From the IMG/VR virus record IMGVR_UViG_3300009103_000003, positions 96,001 through 160,000 of that record: a DNA stretch of 64,000 nt, one strand, 5' to 3'. The stretch's first letter is position 1; each line of letters begins with the position of its first letter. Source of the DNA: a virus. Made by a program: the position numbers and the translations under genes. Below the pieces are notes generated by a model. It saw nothing but the letters and a program-made list of their open reading frames with translations, was not told the origin of the DNA and did no database searches. Positions 28,352 through 36,823 of the stretch are shown piece by piece.

Positions 28352-28861
28352 CTACTGTCGTCCACCAGCAACCTTGTTACCAACCCAAATCTCATGCGGC
28401 CCTTCACCGAGAACGGTGCTGTTCGGGTCCGTAATGTCTGCGGTTTGGCCAGGGCCAACTCGTCGCTTGAAGGTGAGGCTGCGAATATCCCAGCCGCCCT
28501 CTTGCGTATTTAGCGTACTCACGATGTCTCCAAGAGTGGAGTCAGTGCGAACTTCAAGGCAACGGTCAGACTTACCATTTCGGATAAGCGTAACAACACA
28601 CATGTCAGCGGCGCTGACTGTGCTTGTGGACGGGGCGGCGAAGGAGATGTTTCCTCCTCCGTTAACACCACCAGAACCATTAGTTCCGTTGCTGTTCGTT
28701 GCTGATTCAAGTCGGCTTTGCGCCTCGTTTACAGCAGACTGGAGCGCCTGCAAGCGGTCGAGGTTGCTTCGACTGTAGTCTGTTCCCATGTTGGCAACGA
28801 AAGAATCTCGTGCTGAGGTTGCTGACCCCAACGTTTCGTTCAAGTAATCAATGTTTTGCAT
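28352..28861 (-). CDS. Ubiquitin-like (beta-grasp) protein with N-terminal helical domain, ending ...KVAGG-RQ
   Basis: C-terminal ~85 aa with VVTLIR...LEV..DSTLGDIV...LGEG..IWVGNKVAGGRQ; directly upstream of E2-JAB-E1. Confidence 0.7.
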   Translation of the reverse strand: MQNIDYLNETLGSATSARDSFVANMGTDYSRSNLDRLQALQSAVNEAQSRLESATNSNGTNGSGGVNGGGNISFAAPSTSTVSAADMCVVTLIRNGKSDRCLEVRTDSTLGDIVSTLNTQEGGWDIRSLTFKRRVGPGQTADITDPNSTVLGEGPHEIWVGNKVAGGRQ

Positions 28862-28876
28862 AACTAGTTAGTCTCC

Positions 28877-29236
28877 TTAGACTAGATCCCAACGGAAACC
28901 GTTGAAAATCTTTTGTAGCTTACCCGTTATTTCTTCCATGCTTTCTGCATTGAGGGTAACTACTGATGAATCATCAAAATCTACACGAATTGCTCGTGGT
29001 ACATTAGACATGTCTGGCGTTTGGCTTTTGCCGATATCGCCTGCTGTAGCGTAAACGCTATACTCTATAAATGTCACATTATCGTTCTCGAAGGATGGTC
29101 TCCGTCCCACATAGCAGGTCAAATCCCAGCCCTTGTGTGACGCTGTTTTAACCTTCTTTCGGTTCTCCAAAACTTTAGATATTAGCGCATAATAATCTTC
29201 ACGCCCAGTTTCCGGAGTGTCAGTTCTCTCAACCAT
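28877..29236 (-). CDS. Hypothetical protein
   Basis: 119-aa ORF with RBS, directly upstream of Ubl. Confidence 0.6.
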   Translation of the reverse strand: MVERTDTPETGREDYYALISKVLENRKKVKTASHKGWDLTCYVGRRPSFENDNVTFIEYSVYATAGDIGKSQTPDMSNVPRAIRVDFDDSSVVTLNAESMEEITGKLQKIFNGFRWDLV

Positions 29237-29257
29237 TGATCCTCTTTTTCTGCTCGG

Positions 29258-29878
29258 CTATCGCTTCTGAGAGGGGTGGTCCTTAAATAAAACCGAATAT
29301 TTTCTTTTTAGGAATCGAATATGTTTTTTGACGCTATTTGAATACCTCGCCGGTCGAGTACATTTCCTACACTGGGAATCGGTACCACACTTGTCGAGGC
29401 ATTTATTTTGGACATACTTCCAGCCTTGCCCGCCGTTGTAGCAGGCAAACACTTTGGTACCACGACACTGCCTATAATTTTTCCGAAATAATGAGATTAA
29501 GAGAAGAGACGCTTTCATATTATTCTCTACGACAAGCATGTCCTTCTCACAGTCATTAAATCCGAAAACCTTTTTTAGTCGTTTTCTGTGGATGCGGCAG
29601 TTAACCTGCATCAGCCCATAATCACCGGTGTGGCTAATAGCCCGATCAGTGAGACCGGACTCAACCATCCCAATACCGATAATTTCGTATGCGTCATACT
29701 CGCCAGGAATAAGCGGGAGAACCCTCTTGATCTGAGAGATATGTCTTTCGCTCAGAGACTTTGGGGGATTCCTTCCGGAACCACTGTACTTGGCCTTTTT
29801 TACTTGGGCCATAGAAATACTTAAACAAGCAGCGCTCATAAAACCGAACGCAAAAAGTGTTAGTAAAGTTCTCCTCAT
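29258..29878 (-). CDS. Lytic transglycosylase (SLT-like) with N-terminal signal/anchor
   Basis: IGMVESG catalytic Glu, GDYGLMQVN, ACYNGG. Confidence 0.85.
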   Translation of the reverse strand: MRRTLLTLFAFGFMSAACLSISMAQVKKAKYSGSGRNPPKSLSERHISQIKRVLPLIPGEYDAYEIIGIGMVESGLTDRAISHTGDYGLMQVNCRIHRKRLKKVFGFNDCEKDMLVVENNMKASLLLISLFRKNYRQCRGTKVFACYNGGQGWKYVQNKCLDKCGTDSQCRKCTRPARYSNSVKKHIRFLKRKYSVLFKDHPSQKR

Positions 29879-29884
29879 TATACT

Positions 29885-30315
29885 CTCCTGGTTACGTTTC
29901 CGTTGCCCCCAGCAGTCCGCACAGACAAGCTATTGCTTCTTGCTGTATCCCAACAAGAAACTTTCCATTCGGTGCGAAGCTACAGGATTCAAGGCCCTGT
30001 TTTGGCGGGCCAGCCTAGTCAAGCATTTCTCAGAAACAATGGTGAAACCAACTTTGGATTTACACTGAAACCTACTTACTCTTAGAGCGGTCTTTTCCCG
30101 ACTGTCAGCGTATCTTTCCCACGAATGGGACTGGCTACGCGCAGACAATGAAGCTTCTTTAACATCCGATCATAAGATGAACCTAGGGCCTGACAGGTGT
30201 GCCCCTGTTGTTTGAATTGCCACCTACCTAGGATGGCAGCGTAAAAACAACTTTGGTGACAGTGACCTCGGTTTCCGTGTCATCATGAAAGGAACTAACG
30301 TAAATTAGCCTTCAT
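29885..30315 (-). ncRNA. Candidate structured non-coding RNA/long leader
   Basis: ~430 nt with no credible ORF, many hairpins, downstream of a promoter-like site. Confidence 0.35.
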
Positions 30316-30322
30316 CAGTGTT

Positions 30323-30350
30323 ATTATACCTTAGTAATTCTGTAATTTGC
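30323..30350 (-). promoter_or_regulatory. Promoter-like GCAAAT-N16-TATAAT
   Basis: Matches a motif recurring upstream of several genes. Confidence 0.5.
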
Positions 30351-30380
30351 ACTACATCCGGCGAACGCACACTCCTTGTG

Positions 30381-30809
30381 TTAGGGCCTCGTAAACCTGA
30401 GTCCGCCGATAAGTATGGACTTTTTTATAGACATAGAGGCTTTCTTAGACATAGCAGCCAACGCCTTTCGGTCCCACTCAGGAGTCACCTCGTCTTTTAC
30501 AGGTGAGAGCGGCTCCCTATAGTCAGCTACCATTTCCTCGCCCGGAGCGATATCTTTAGTGGCATAGGCAATAAGTTTTTTGCCGGATTTCCGTAAACCC
30601 ACATTGGCCACAGGTGAGTGGTTGAAGTAATCCCCCAGAAGGGTTTGGTGATAGTCCTTATAAACATCACCCGTGGGCTTACCGCTCTTTCTTATTAAGG
30701 CAACGCCGAGGACTTCCCCAGCCTTGTGGCCGCGCACACTGAAGCTCCCGGTCCCATCGATGGGGGACCGCTTGTGCTTTATCCGACCGTTTTCAACATG
30801 AGATAACAT
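30381..30809 (-). CDS. SET-domain lysine methyltransferase-like protein
   Basis: IDGTGSF, YFNHSPVAN, YATKDIAPGEEMVADY match SET motifs. Confidence 0.8.
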   Translation of the reverse strand: MLSHVENGRIKHKRSPIDGTGSFSVRGHKAGEVLGVALIRKSGKPTGDVYKDYHQTLLGDYFNHSPVANVGLRKSGKKLIAYATKDIAPGEEMVADYREPLSPVKDEVTPEWDRKALAAMSKKASMSIKKSILIGGLRFTRP

Positions 30810-30858
30810 ACTGTCCACCAGTATAACTGATAATACAAAAAATGGTCCAGCTAAAGAG

Positions 30859-31173
30859 CTAACCTTTCTTGTCAGTCTTCTTACTACGTTTTTCTGTAAA
30901 TATCGAGTTTATCGTTTGGTGGAGCAATAAACCAAAAACTTGGATGGACTTATGTTCCATCTCGGCTTCTGAGAAGAAGTTAATAGCTTCAACTACTTCG
31001 TGCCATAAGGTTTCCCACGCCATGGTGTTGCTTAGGGATGCATCGATGGTGATCGTTAGATCAACCCCATCGAAGATCCCATAAGCATCAAAATCGTCCA
31101 GCAGTCCCTTTTTCCGTAGTACTTTAAGAGTGTGTCCACCAATTGAGATTGCTTTCGGAAGTTGCCTTTTCAC
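30859..31173 (-). CDS. Small zincin-like (HExxE) phage protein
   Basis: YG.F......I.ID...ETLWHEVVEAI. Confidence 0.55.
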   Translation of the reverse strand: MKRQLPKAISIGGHTLKVLRKKGLLDDFDAYGIFDGVDLTITIDASLSNTMAWETLWHEVVEAINFFSEAEMEHKSIQVFGLLLHQTINSIFTEKRSKKTDKKG

Positions 31174-31182
31174 GGTGGGCTC

Positions 31183-31410
31183 CTATTCGTCAGAGGCAGC
31201 GTCGCCTTCAGTTGCGTCAGACTTACCTACGTCCCCAGCGGTGCTTCCGGCGTCTGGTTGACTCGCAGCGGAGTCATCATCATCTCCGGAAAGCTTAGCA
31301 ATGCTTTCTGGTGTATCGATAACACCGAAGAACATTCCTGCTCCCGCACCGGCCCCGGCAATCAGGCCGAGAAGGGCGGCTACACTCAAAATTTTCAAGA
31401 GCTTTTTCAT
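31183..31410 (-). CDS. Small membrane-anchored protein with acidic tail
   Basis: N-terminal hydrophobic segment; RBS GGAGG. Confidence 0.5.
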   Translation of the reverse strand: MKKLLKILSVAALLGLIAGAGAGAGMFFGVIDTPESIAKLSGDDDDSAASQPDAGSTAGDVGKSDATEGDAASDE

Positions 31411-31430
31411 TTTGTTTCCTCCAGATTAAG

Positions 31431-31700
31431 CTACTCAAGCTGGCGCAAGCCGTTATGGCATTCCGCATATGCGTTGGCCAGAGAGATGAGCTTAACCCCC
31501 CTAGCTTCTTTGTAGTAGCCCGTGTCCAGAGTACACAAATGCTTGTGTACCTGTTCCGCTGCGTAGTACAGCTTTTCTAGGTTGGGAATATCATAAGCTC
31601 TCGGGAATAGTCCAGCTTTATCAAGCACTTGCGCGAACTCTGAAAATTTTTTTAATTCTTCTTTAGATTCTTGTGTATCTTTATTTACTTCATTACTCAT
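31431..31700 (-). CDS. Hypothetical protein
   Basis: Coupled ORF. Confidence 0.5.
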   Translation of the reverse strand: MSNEVNKDTQESKEELKKFSEFAQVLDKAGLFPRAYDIPNLEKLYYAAEQVHKHLCTLDTGYYKEARGVKLISLANAYAECHNGLRQLE

Positions 31701-32241
31701 TATCGTCCTCCATTTGCTCTAGGTAATCTACTCGCTCTGCACAGAAGTCAAATTCATCCGGCTTACCCTCTTTGCAGTCGTGCATTCCCCCATCTTTCCA
31801 AGTCATCGCCCCAGCGAACCAGCACCCGTATTCAACAAATTCGAGGCAGAACTCTAGGTCTGGGTTGTCCTCCGAAACTTTGTGGAGCCACGCCACTGGC
31901 GGACTCCACGCGCTCATGAAGCTCACGGTCCACGTTTTATCTTCTGGGGTTAGGTCGCAATAACTGAGGTCTTCGTTCGGGATATCCCACTTGGTTCCCC
32001 AGTTATGGACCTTCCAATAGTACCAAGCCTTATCCAGGGTAGGCTCTTTATCAGTCCCAATACTTCTTCGAATTTCGTGCAGAAAGCAGTCTTCGCTTTC
32101 GTTTAATTGCTGAACCTTTGATTCGGGCATTGGGTAGTGCGCTGACAACAGCCCATCACCCTCTTTTATCTTAGAAACAAAAAGGGCCAGCTTGTCGGCT
32201 GGCCCAGATATCTCGATATTATTTTCACACCAGTTTGGCAT
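31693..32241 (-). CDS. DUF1281/Api92-like ferredoxin-fold phage protein
   Basis: MPNWCENNIEISG, WYYW...NWGTKWD, F.SAWSPP. Confidence 0.7.
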   Translation of the reverse strand: MPNWCENNIEISGPADKLALFVSKIKEGDGLLSAHYPMPESKVQQLNESEDCFLHEIRRSIGTDKEPTLDKAWYYWKVHNWGTKWDIPNEDLSYCDLTPEDKTWTVSFMSAWSPPVAWLHKVSEDNPDLEFCLEFVEYGCWFAGAMTWKDGGMHDCKEGKPDEFDFCAERVDYLEQMEDDNE

Positions 32242-32250
32242 GGATTCTCC

Positions 32251-32484
32251 TTAATCAGTATCTTCGTATCCCCCCCAGACACCCATGGTGCCCGAAGACA
32301 AATCGAAGACATCAATATGTCTGTTCCTAGCGTTCTCTGGGGCCTGGTTTCTTTCCCTATAGACCTCTTCTATTAGGGACCGGGCCTGCTGCAAGGACAT
32401 GGTGAATGTAGAAATACTTGGGCTTGTATTCCGCACTTCGCGGAGCATACAACCAAGCTCGTCGTTACTTATTTGGTAGGTCAT
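32251..32484 (-). CDS. Hypothetical protein
   Basis: Coupled small ORF. Confidence 0.45.
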   Translation of the reverse strand: MTYQISNDELGCMLREVRNTSPSISTFTMSLQQARSLIEEVYRERNQAPENARNRHIDVFDLSSGTMGVWGGYEDTD

Positions 32485-32689
32485 TGAAGTCCACGCTCAT
32501 TAGGGTTATTTGATTTTCGATGTCTGTAATAGTGATACCACGATTACTAACAGAAACAGAAATTCTTCTGTTATTAACGACTTTTTCGTTTGGTAACACA
32601 TCAATACGATTTGTATCGTGCGCCTCCCCACTTTCTCCGAGGTACACTGTTAGTGGCTTGTCCTCGTAAACAGAATTATTGTCTCTCAT
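32465..32689 (-). CDS. Hypothetical protein
   Basis: Small ORF in the gene array. Confidence 0.45.
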   Translation of the reverse strand: MRDNNSVYEDKPLTVYLGESGEAHDTNRIDVLPNEKVVNNRRISVSVSNRGITITDIENQITLMSVDFNDLPNK

Positions 32690-32704
32690 CGTCTAACCCC
32701 TAAG

Positions 32705-33319
32705 TTAGTTATGTAAATCTACAGCAACCAGATACTGGTGTTCTGGGCTTTCCTCACAACGGTGCATTGTATCCTGCACTCGCGTTCCGTAAATAACGGC
32801 ATCGAAAAAATAGGACTCGAAGCAGTACCTTCCACTCAGAGACTGACCTATCTTTATAAGATAGAAGCCCAACATACCAAACCCCATAGGGCCATCGTCT
32901 TCGGGCAATTTATCCAAGTCTTTGAGTGCGGAGAACTTCTCCCCAAACTCCTTGTTACTTTCGCTGATTCGTTCAGCAGCACCTTTTTTGTCGTGGACTT
33001 CCAGGCCCCACAGATTCCTGACATCCGCCTCGGTGATCGTTCGGCCAAAGACCTTATCAACGTTTTCTGTGAATTCCCTGTTCTGCGATTCGGCCACACG
33101 AGCAAGGGATTTCCTGAATTGCTCAGGGTCTTCTGAGAACTGTAATACGTTTTTATCGGTTCCGTCTTCATTCAAACCGAACAGCCCCTTCCAGCGCCCT
33201 CCGACTGAGTACCAGTCCCAGACTTGTCCGTCTCCGTAGGGCTCTATGGCTGCTTCCGCCATCTCTACTGCTTCTTCTTTGCTGTCCGCTTCAACAGCTA
33301 TTAAGTGTAATACATGCAT
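32705..33319 (-). CDS. Conserved phage hypothetical protein
   Basis: WDWYSVGGRWKG...LVAVDLHN pattern. Confidence 0.6.
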   Translation of the reverse strand: MHVLHLIAVEADSKEEAVEMAEAAIEPYGDGQVWDWYSVGGRWKGLFGLNEDGTDKNVLQFSEDPEQFRKSLARVAESQNREFTENVDKVFGRTITEADVRNLWGLEVHDKKGAAERISESNKEFGEKFSALKDLDKLPEDDGPMGFGMLGFYLIKIGQSLSGRYCFESYFFDAVIYGTRVQDTMHRCEESPEHQYLVAVDLHN

Positions 33320-33576
33320 TAGTCTTCCTCCTCGTCTTCGAGTATAATAACGTCTACTGGGTTGTGTGTTTCAATCCAGACTTTGGCCCCACAACCCAGG
33401 GGTTTGTCCGGTCGATATATTACTTTGGCCACCTCTCGACCATCTTGGTCAAATAGGATAGCTTCATGTCCGTAAACGTTTTGTTTATAAGTTTTTACGG
33501 TAAGAACAGGATCTCGGAGATCCTTCTTGGCATTCTTTTTAATCACGTGCTGGTTAACGTGTATTATAGTCTTCAT
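33319..33576 (-). CDS. Conserved phage hypothetical protein
   Basis: IHVNQHVIKKN...PVLTVK...KPLGCGAKVWIET. Confidence 0.6.
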   Translation of the reverse strand: MKTIIHVNQHVIKKNAKKDLRDPVLTVKTYKQNVYGHEAILFDQDGREVAKVIYRPDKPLGCGAKVWIETHNPVDVIILEDEEED

Positions 33577-33623
33577 TCCACGCCCCGGCCTTCTGCTGTA
33601 GCATACGCGTGAGAGGTATCACG

Positions 33624-34493
33624 ATGTTTGAGTTACTCAATAAATATCTAATTAGAAAATCGCACGTCAAGCTGGCCGCGTTTGGTGATGACCAATTTAA
33701 GAAGGGTCCAAAGGATTCTGCTGCACACGCTTTAGAGAGATTAATGCAGAGGGGAAACTCCTCTAATCCTTCTGATGTGGCCAAGCAGGTAAAGGATCTC
33801 ATCCAAAGATTGGGTGCCCGACCCGAATCCATCCGACTTACGGGTGCAGACGGTAAGATCTATTCCTCAAGCGCAAAAAATGTGAGCAAGCTCCCCAACC
33901 AGATTGGCCTCAGGTTCCCTGGTCAGGATGGGTATGTCGTCCTGGAGAACAGGCGTGCTGCCGGGTTACCACCAAACTACACATTCAATACCGTTAGGAC
34001 GAAGGAGATGGGCCTTCGGCAAGGCACTGTTGCGATGGGGTGGAACAAGTTTAGAAATATGCTTGTCCCAGAAACCAAGGACACGACCCCAAAACCGAGG
34101 TCAGAGGCCTGGAGGACCGCACAACCCGAAAGAATCCAACGAGACTTTGGGTACAGGGCTCAAGGAAAGAAGGCTAAGCTTACCAAGGCAATGCAGCCCA
34201 AGTTTGAAGAAGCCCTTAAAGCTGTAGCTGAGACCAAGAAAAATTTACCTGCTGAACGGGCAGCGCTGGGGCTTCCAGAACTAGCTGGAGAGCCCCTAAC
34301 GCACAAACCCGGCCCAGTCCCCACAATTGCGGGCATGTCTAAGAATCGGGCACGTAAGTTTACCCGAGCAGCTTTAGCACTCGCCTCCAAAGGGAAGCTT
34401 AAGCTTGGATTTATTAATGCGCTTCGCCAATCACATCTTCAAGACGCTCTGGCTTTCCATTTGGGCCGAACGATATTCTCCACCCGTCAGTGA
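33624..34493 (+). CDS. Basic protein, putative internal head protein, isolated on the + strand
   Basis: RBS GAGAGG; N-terminal HVKLAA motif as in head proteins; K/R-rich. Confidence 0.55.
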   Translation: MFELLNKYLIRKSHVKLAAFGDDQFKKGPKDSAAHALERLMQRGNSSNPSDVAKQVKDLIQRLGARPESIRLTGADGKIYSSSAKNVSKLPNQIGLRFPGQDGYVVLENRRAAGLPPNYTFNTVRTKEMGLRQGTVAMGWNKFRNMLVPETKDTTPKPRSEAWRTAQPERIQRDFGYRAQGKKAKLTKAMQPKFEEALKAVAETKKNLPAERAALGLPELAGEPLTHKPGPVPTIAGMSKNRARKFTRAALALASKGKLKLGFINALRQSHLQDALAFHLGRTIFSTRQ

Positions 34494-34761
34494 GACACGT
34501 GAAGTAGATACCGTCCCAACACATCTCTAAGCGCTCTCCCTTCTTAGGCCCTTCTAGCATTGCGAAGGTCCAAGTTCCTGGGGGAAAGTGTGTAGCAGTG
34601 TCGGTTGACCATGTACCTAGACCGAGCTTTTCGCCATCATTTCCGGCTAGCGGCTCGAATAAAAACGTTTCAAAGCAATACTCTGCTTGCTCCAATACTA
34701 ACCAATTATCCTCATCAATTGTTGCTGAGAAGTTGGCTACTAATTTGCCATTTTTTTCCAT
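34414..34761 (-). CDS. Hypothetical protein
   Basis: ATG after AGGAGG; 3' end overlaps the convergent gene by 80 nt. Confidence 0.5.
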   Translation of the reverse strand: MEKNGKLVANFSATIDEDNWLVLEQAEYCFETFLFEPLAGNDGEKLGLGTWSTDTATHFPPGTWTFAMLEGPKKGERLEMCWDGIYFTCLTDGWRISFGPNGKPERLEDVIGEAH

Positions 34762-34782
34762 AAGTAACCTCCTTGTTATGTA

Positions 34783-35292
<510 letters not shown>

Positions 35293-35300
35293 AACAACTC

Positions 35301-35768
35301 CTATTTGTTCGTGATGTCCTTTCGGATATCCGGATTCGATAAGTCTATAAATTTAATGTCCCCACAAAGAACTTTCGGGGTCCATTGCTTCTCCAGCTTT
35401 TCACTAAAAAAGCAGAGAGTCATACTTCTTCCCCGTTCTTCTAACAGGCGGAAGACGCCCAAAAGGGCTTGGTCGTTTGAGAGGATGGTAATCTCTTTAT
35501 CCTCAGAGAGAGCGGCCATAGCCGAGATCTCTGCTGTAAAGGCGTCTGCCTGGGTTGTTACGTCATACACATGTAGGTTGTAACCCAGGTCCTCTAAACG
35601 CTTTAAAAATTTACTTTGGTTTACATTCTTTGGATCAGCCTTCGTAAAGGCCTCCACGGTCTCACTGTTTGTCTTTTCTTTTAAGACGGTAAGCAGCTTT
35701 TCGTAATTTATCGTGACGTTTAGATCACGAATTGCGAAGTATAATCTGCTTAAATCAATACAAATCAT
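35301..35768 (-). CDS. Degenerate NYN/LabA (PIN-like) domain protein
   Basis: ICIDLSRLY...INYEKLL...ILSND..L...L.ERG resembles the NYN layout; acidic residues partly missing. Confidence 0.45.
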   Translation of the reverse strand: MICIDLSRLYFAIRDLNVTINYEKLLTVLKEKTNSETVEAFTKADPKNVNQSKFLKRLEDLGYNLHVYDVTTQADAFTAEISAMAALSEDKEITILSNDQALLGVFRLLEERGRSMTLCFFSEKLEKQWTPKVLCGDIKFIDLSNPDIRKDITNK

Positions 35769-35898
35769 TTCTTATCCCCTGGAGTCAGTTAAGTCCCATT
35801 GTTCTATAATACACACGTAATAAATTTACCCTGAGACCCCAGCCCAACCAGAGGCTGGGCCGGGGACAGGGTTATTTATTAGGGATGATAATACAGGA

Positions 35899-36213
35899 TC
35901 ATTTGCTCGGCACCATAGTTGTTGTGGAAAAACCATTTCCTTCCATAGTCACCGAATAACCCACACTGCTTTTTTCAAGCGCCATCACCCTTGAGAAGAC
36001 TTCTTTAACTGATTGAGTTACAAGAATTTCTCTTCCGTTGGACAACAACACCTTGGCCAAATCAGCTTTTTCTTCCCAGCAGCAAACAGGACCTCCCATA
36101 GAGAAGTCTTCTGCAACCGCCTGATTTGGTTCGGAAATTAGAACAATGTCATCTGCTCGAACCAGGGTGAGGACCCATTCCTCGTCATCGTAGGCCGTGA
36201 GTTCAATGAACAT
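35899..36213 (-). CDS. Hypothetical protein
   Basis: RBS GGAGG; MFIELT...LVRADDIVLI...V.QSV.EV pattern. Confidence 0.5.
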   Translation of the reverse strand: MFIELTAYDDEEWVLTLVRADDIVLISEPNQAVAEDFSMGGPVCCWEEKADLAKVLLSNGREILVTQSVKEVFSRVMALEKSSVGYSVTMEGNGFSTTTMVPSK

Positions 36214-36338
36214 GTGATGTCTCCTCCATTAATGTAGGTGAGACTATGCTCACTACAATCCTGCTCAGAGCAATACATAACCCTGTGCCTTCCCATATTA
36301 CCAACCATTAGCGGCTTTTCGCAAAGAATACAACGCAT
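36138..36338 (-). CDS. Small Cys-containing hypothetical protein
   Basis: GGAGG RBS; MRCILC...YCSEQDC. Confidence 0.35.
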   Translation of the reverse strand: MRCILCEKPLMVGNMGRHRVMYCSEQDCSEHSLTYINGGDITCSLNSRPTMTRNGSSPWFEQMTLF

Positions 36339-36378
36339 CCGATCCTCCTTAGTTTGTGGGGTGTTTCCCATCAAAGTT

Positions 36379-36407
36379 CTTATACCCAGGAGGCGGGTGC
36401 ATATTGC
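36379..36407 (-). promoter_or_regulatory. Promoter-like GCAATA-N17-TATAAG
   Basis: Recurring motif, 41 nt upstream of an ATG. Confidence 0.45.
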
Positions 36408-36412
36408 GCTTG

Positions 36413-36823
36413 TTATATGAGCGGCTCCCAACGAGAAATCATTTTGTCGATTGCCTCTTTAGGGACTCCATGAATGGAGCCAAAGTCGTTTTGGCACTCA
36501 ATGACGTATAGAGCATATCCATACTTTTTGGCGAGCACAAAATAAGGCTCTGCTTCCCATCTCATAGAGAAGGTGTTGTGCACCGCGAGTGGTGTCCTCT
36601 TGTTTGCCATCGCGCTTTCCAGGTTGTTTCTACACTCCTCGTGTGCCTCCGGAAGAAGCGCTGGGTTGAATATGTAAGCCCCTGACTTCTCAAAGAAATC
36701 ATCTGCTGCAAACATATCCATCTTGCTCTCAACCAGCCTCTTGGCCACAGTGGTCTTTCCACTCCCAGGCAAGCCCCGGATCAGAAAAAGACATCCTTTA
36801 TGTTGTTGGCTGCTTTCTGCCAT
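36413..36823 (-). CDS. P-loop kinase (AAA_33/N4BP2-like polynucleotide kinase family)
   Basis: LIRGLPGSGKTT, ADDFF, VHNTF, IHGVP...I..M..RWE. Confidence 0.85.
   Translation of the reverse strand: MAESSQQHKGCLFLIRGLPGSGKTTVAKRLVESKMDMFAADDFFEKSGAYIFNPALLPEAHEECRNNLESAMANKRTPLAVHNTFSMRWEAEPYFVLAKKYGYALYVIECQNDFGSIHGVPKEAIDKMISRWEPLI

Noticed and set aside
25455-28861. ThiF/ThiS-type sulfur-relay (thiamine, Moco or CysO) reading of the E1 plus GG-ending protein
   Set aside because: An E2-like gene with a candidate catalytic Cys sits inside the cassette, the E1 lacks the Zn-binding CxxC pairs of ThiF/MoeB, and no cofactor-biosynthesis genes are present. Disfavoured, but not excluded without biochemistry.
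30270-30315. Hammerhead ribozyme (CTGATGA on the minus strand)
   Set aside because: The stem after CTGATGA is followed by TTCA, not GAAA, and no matching cleavage-site helix was found.
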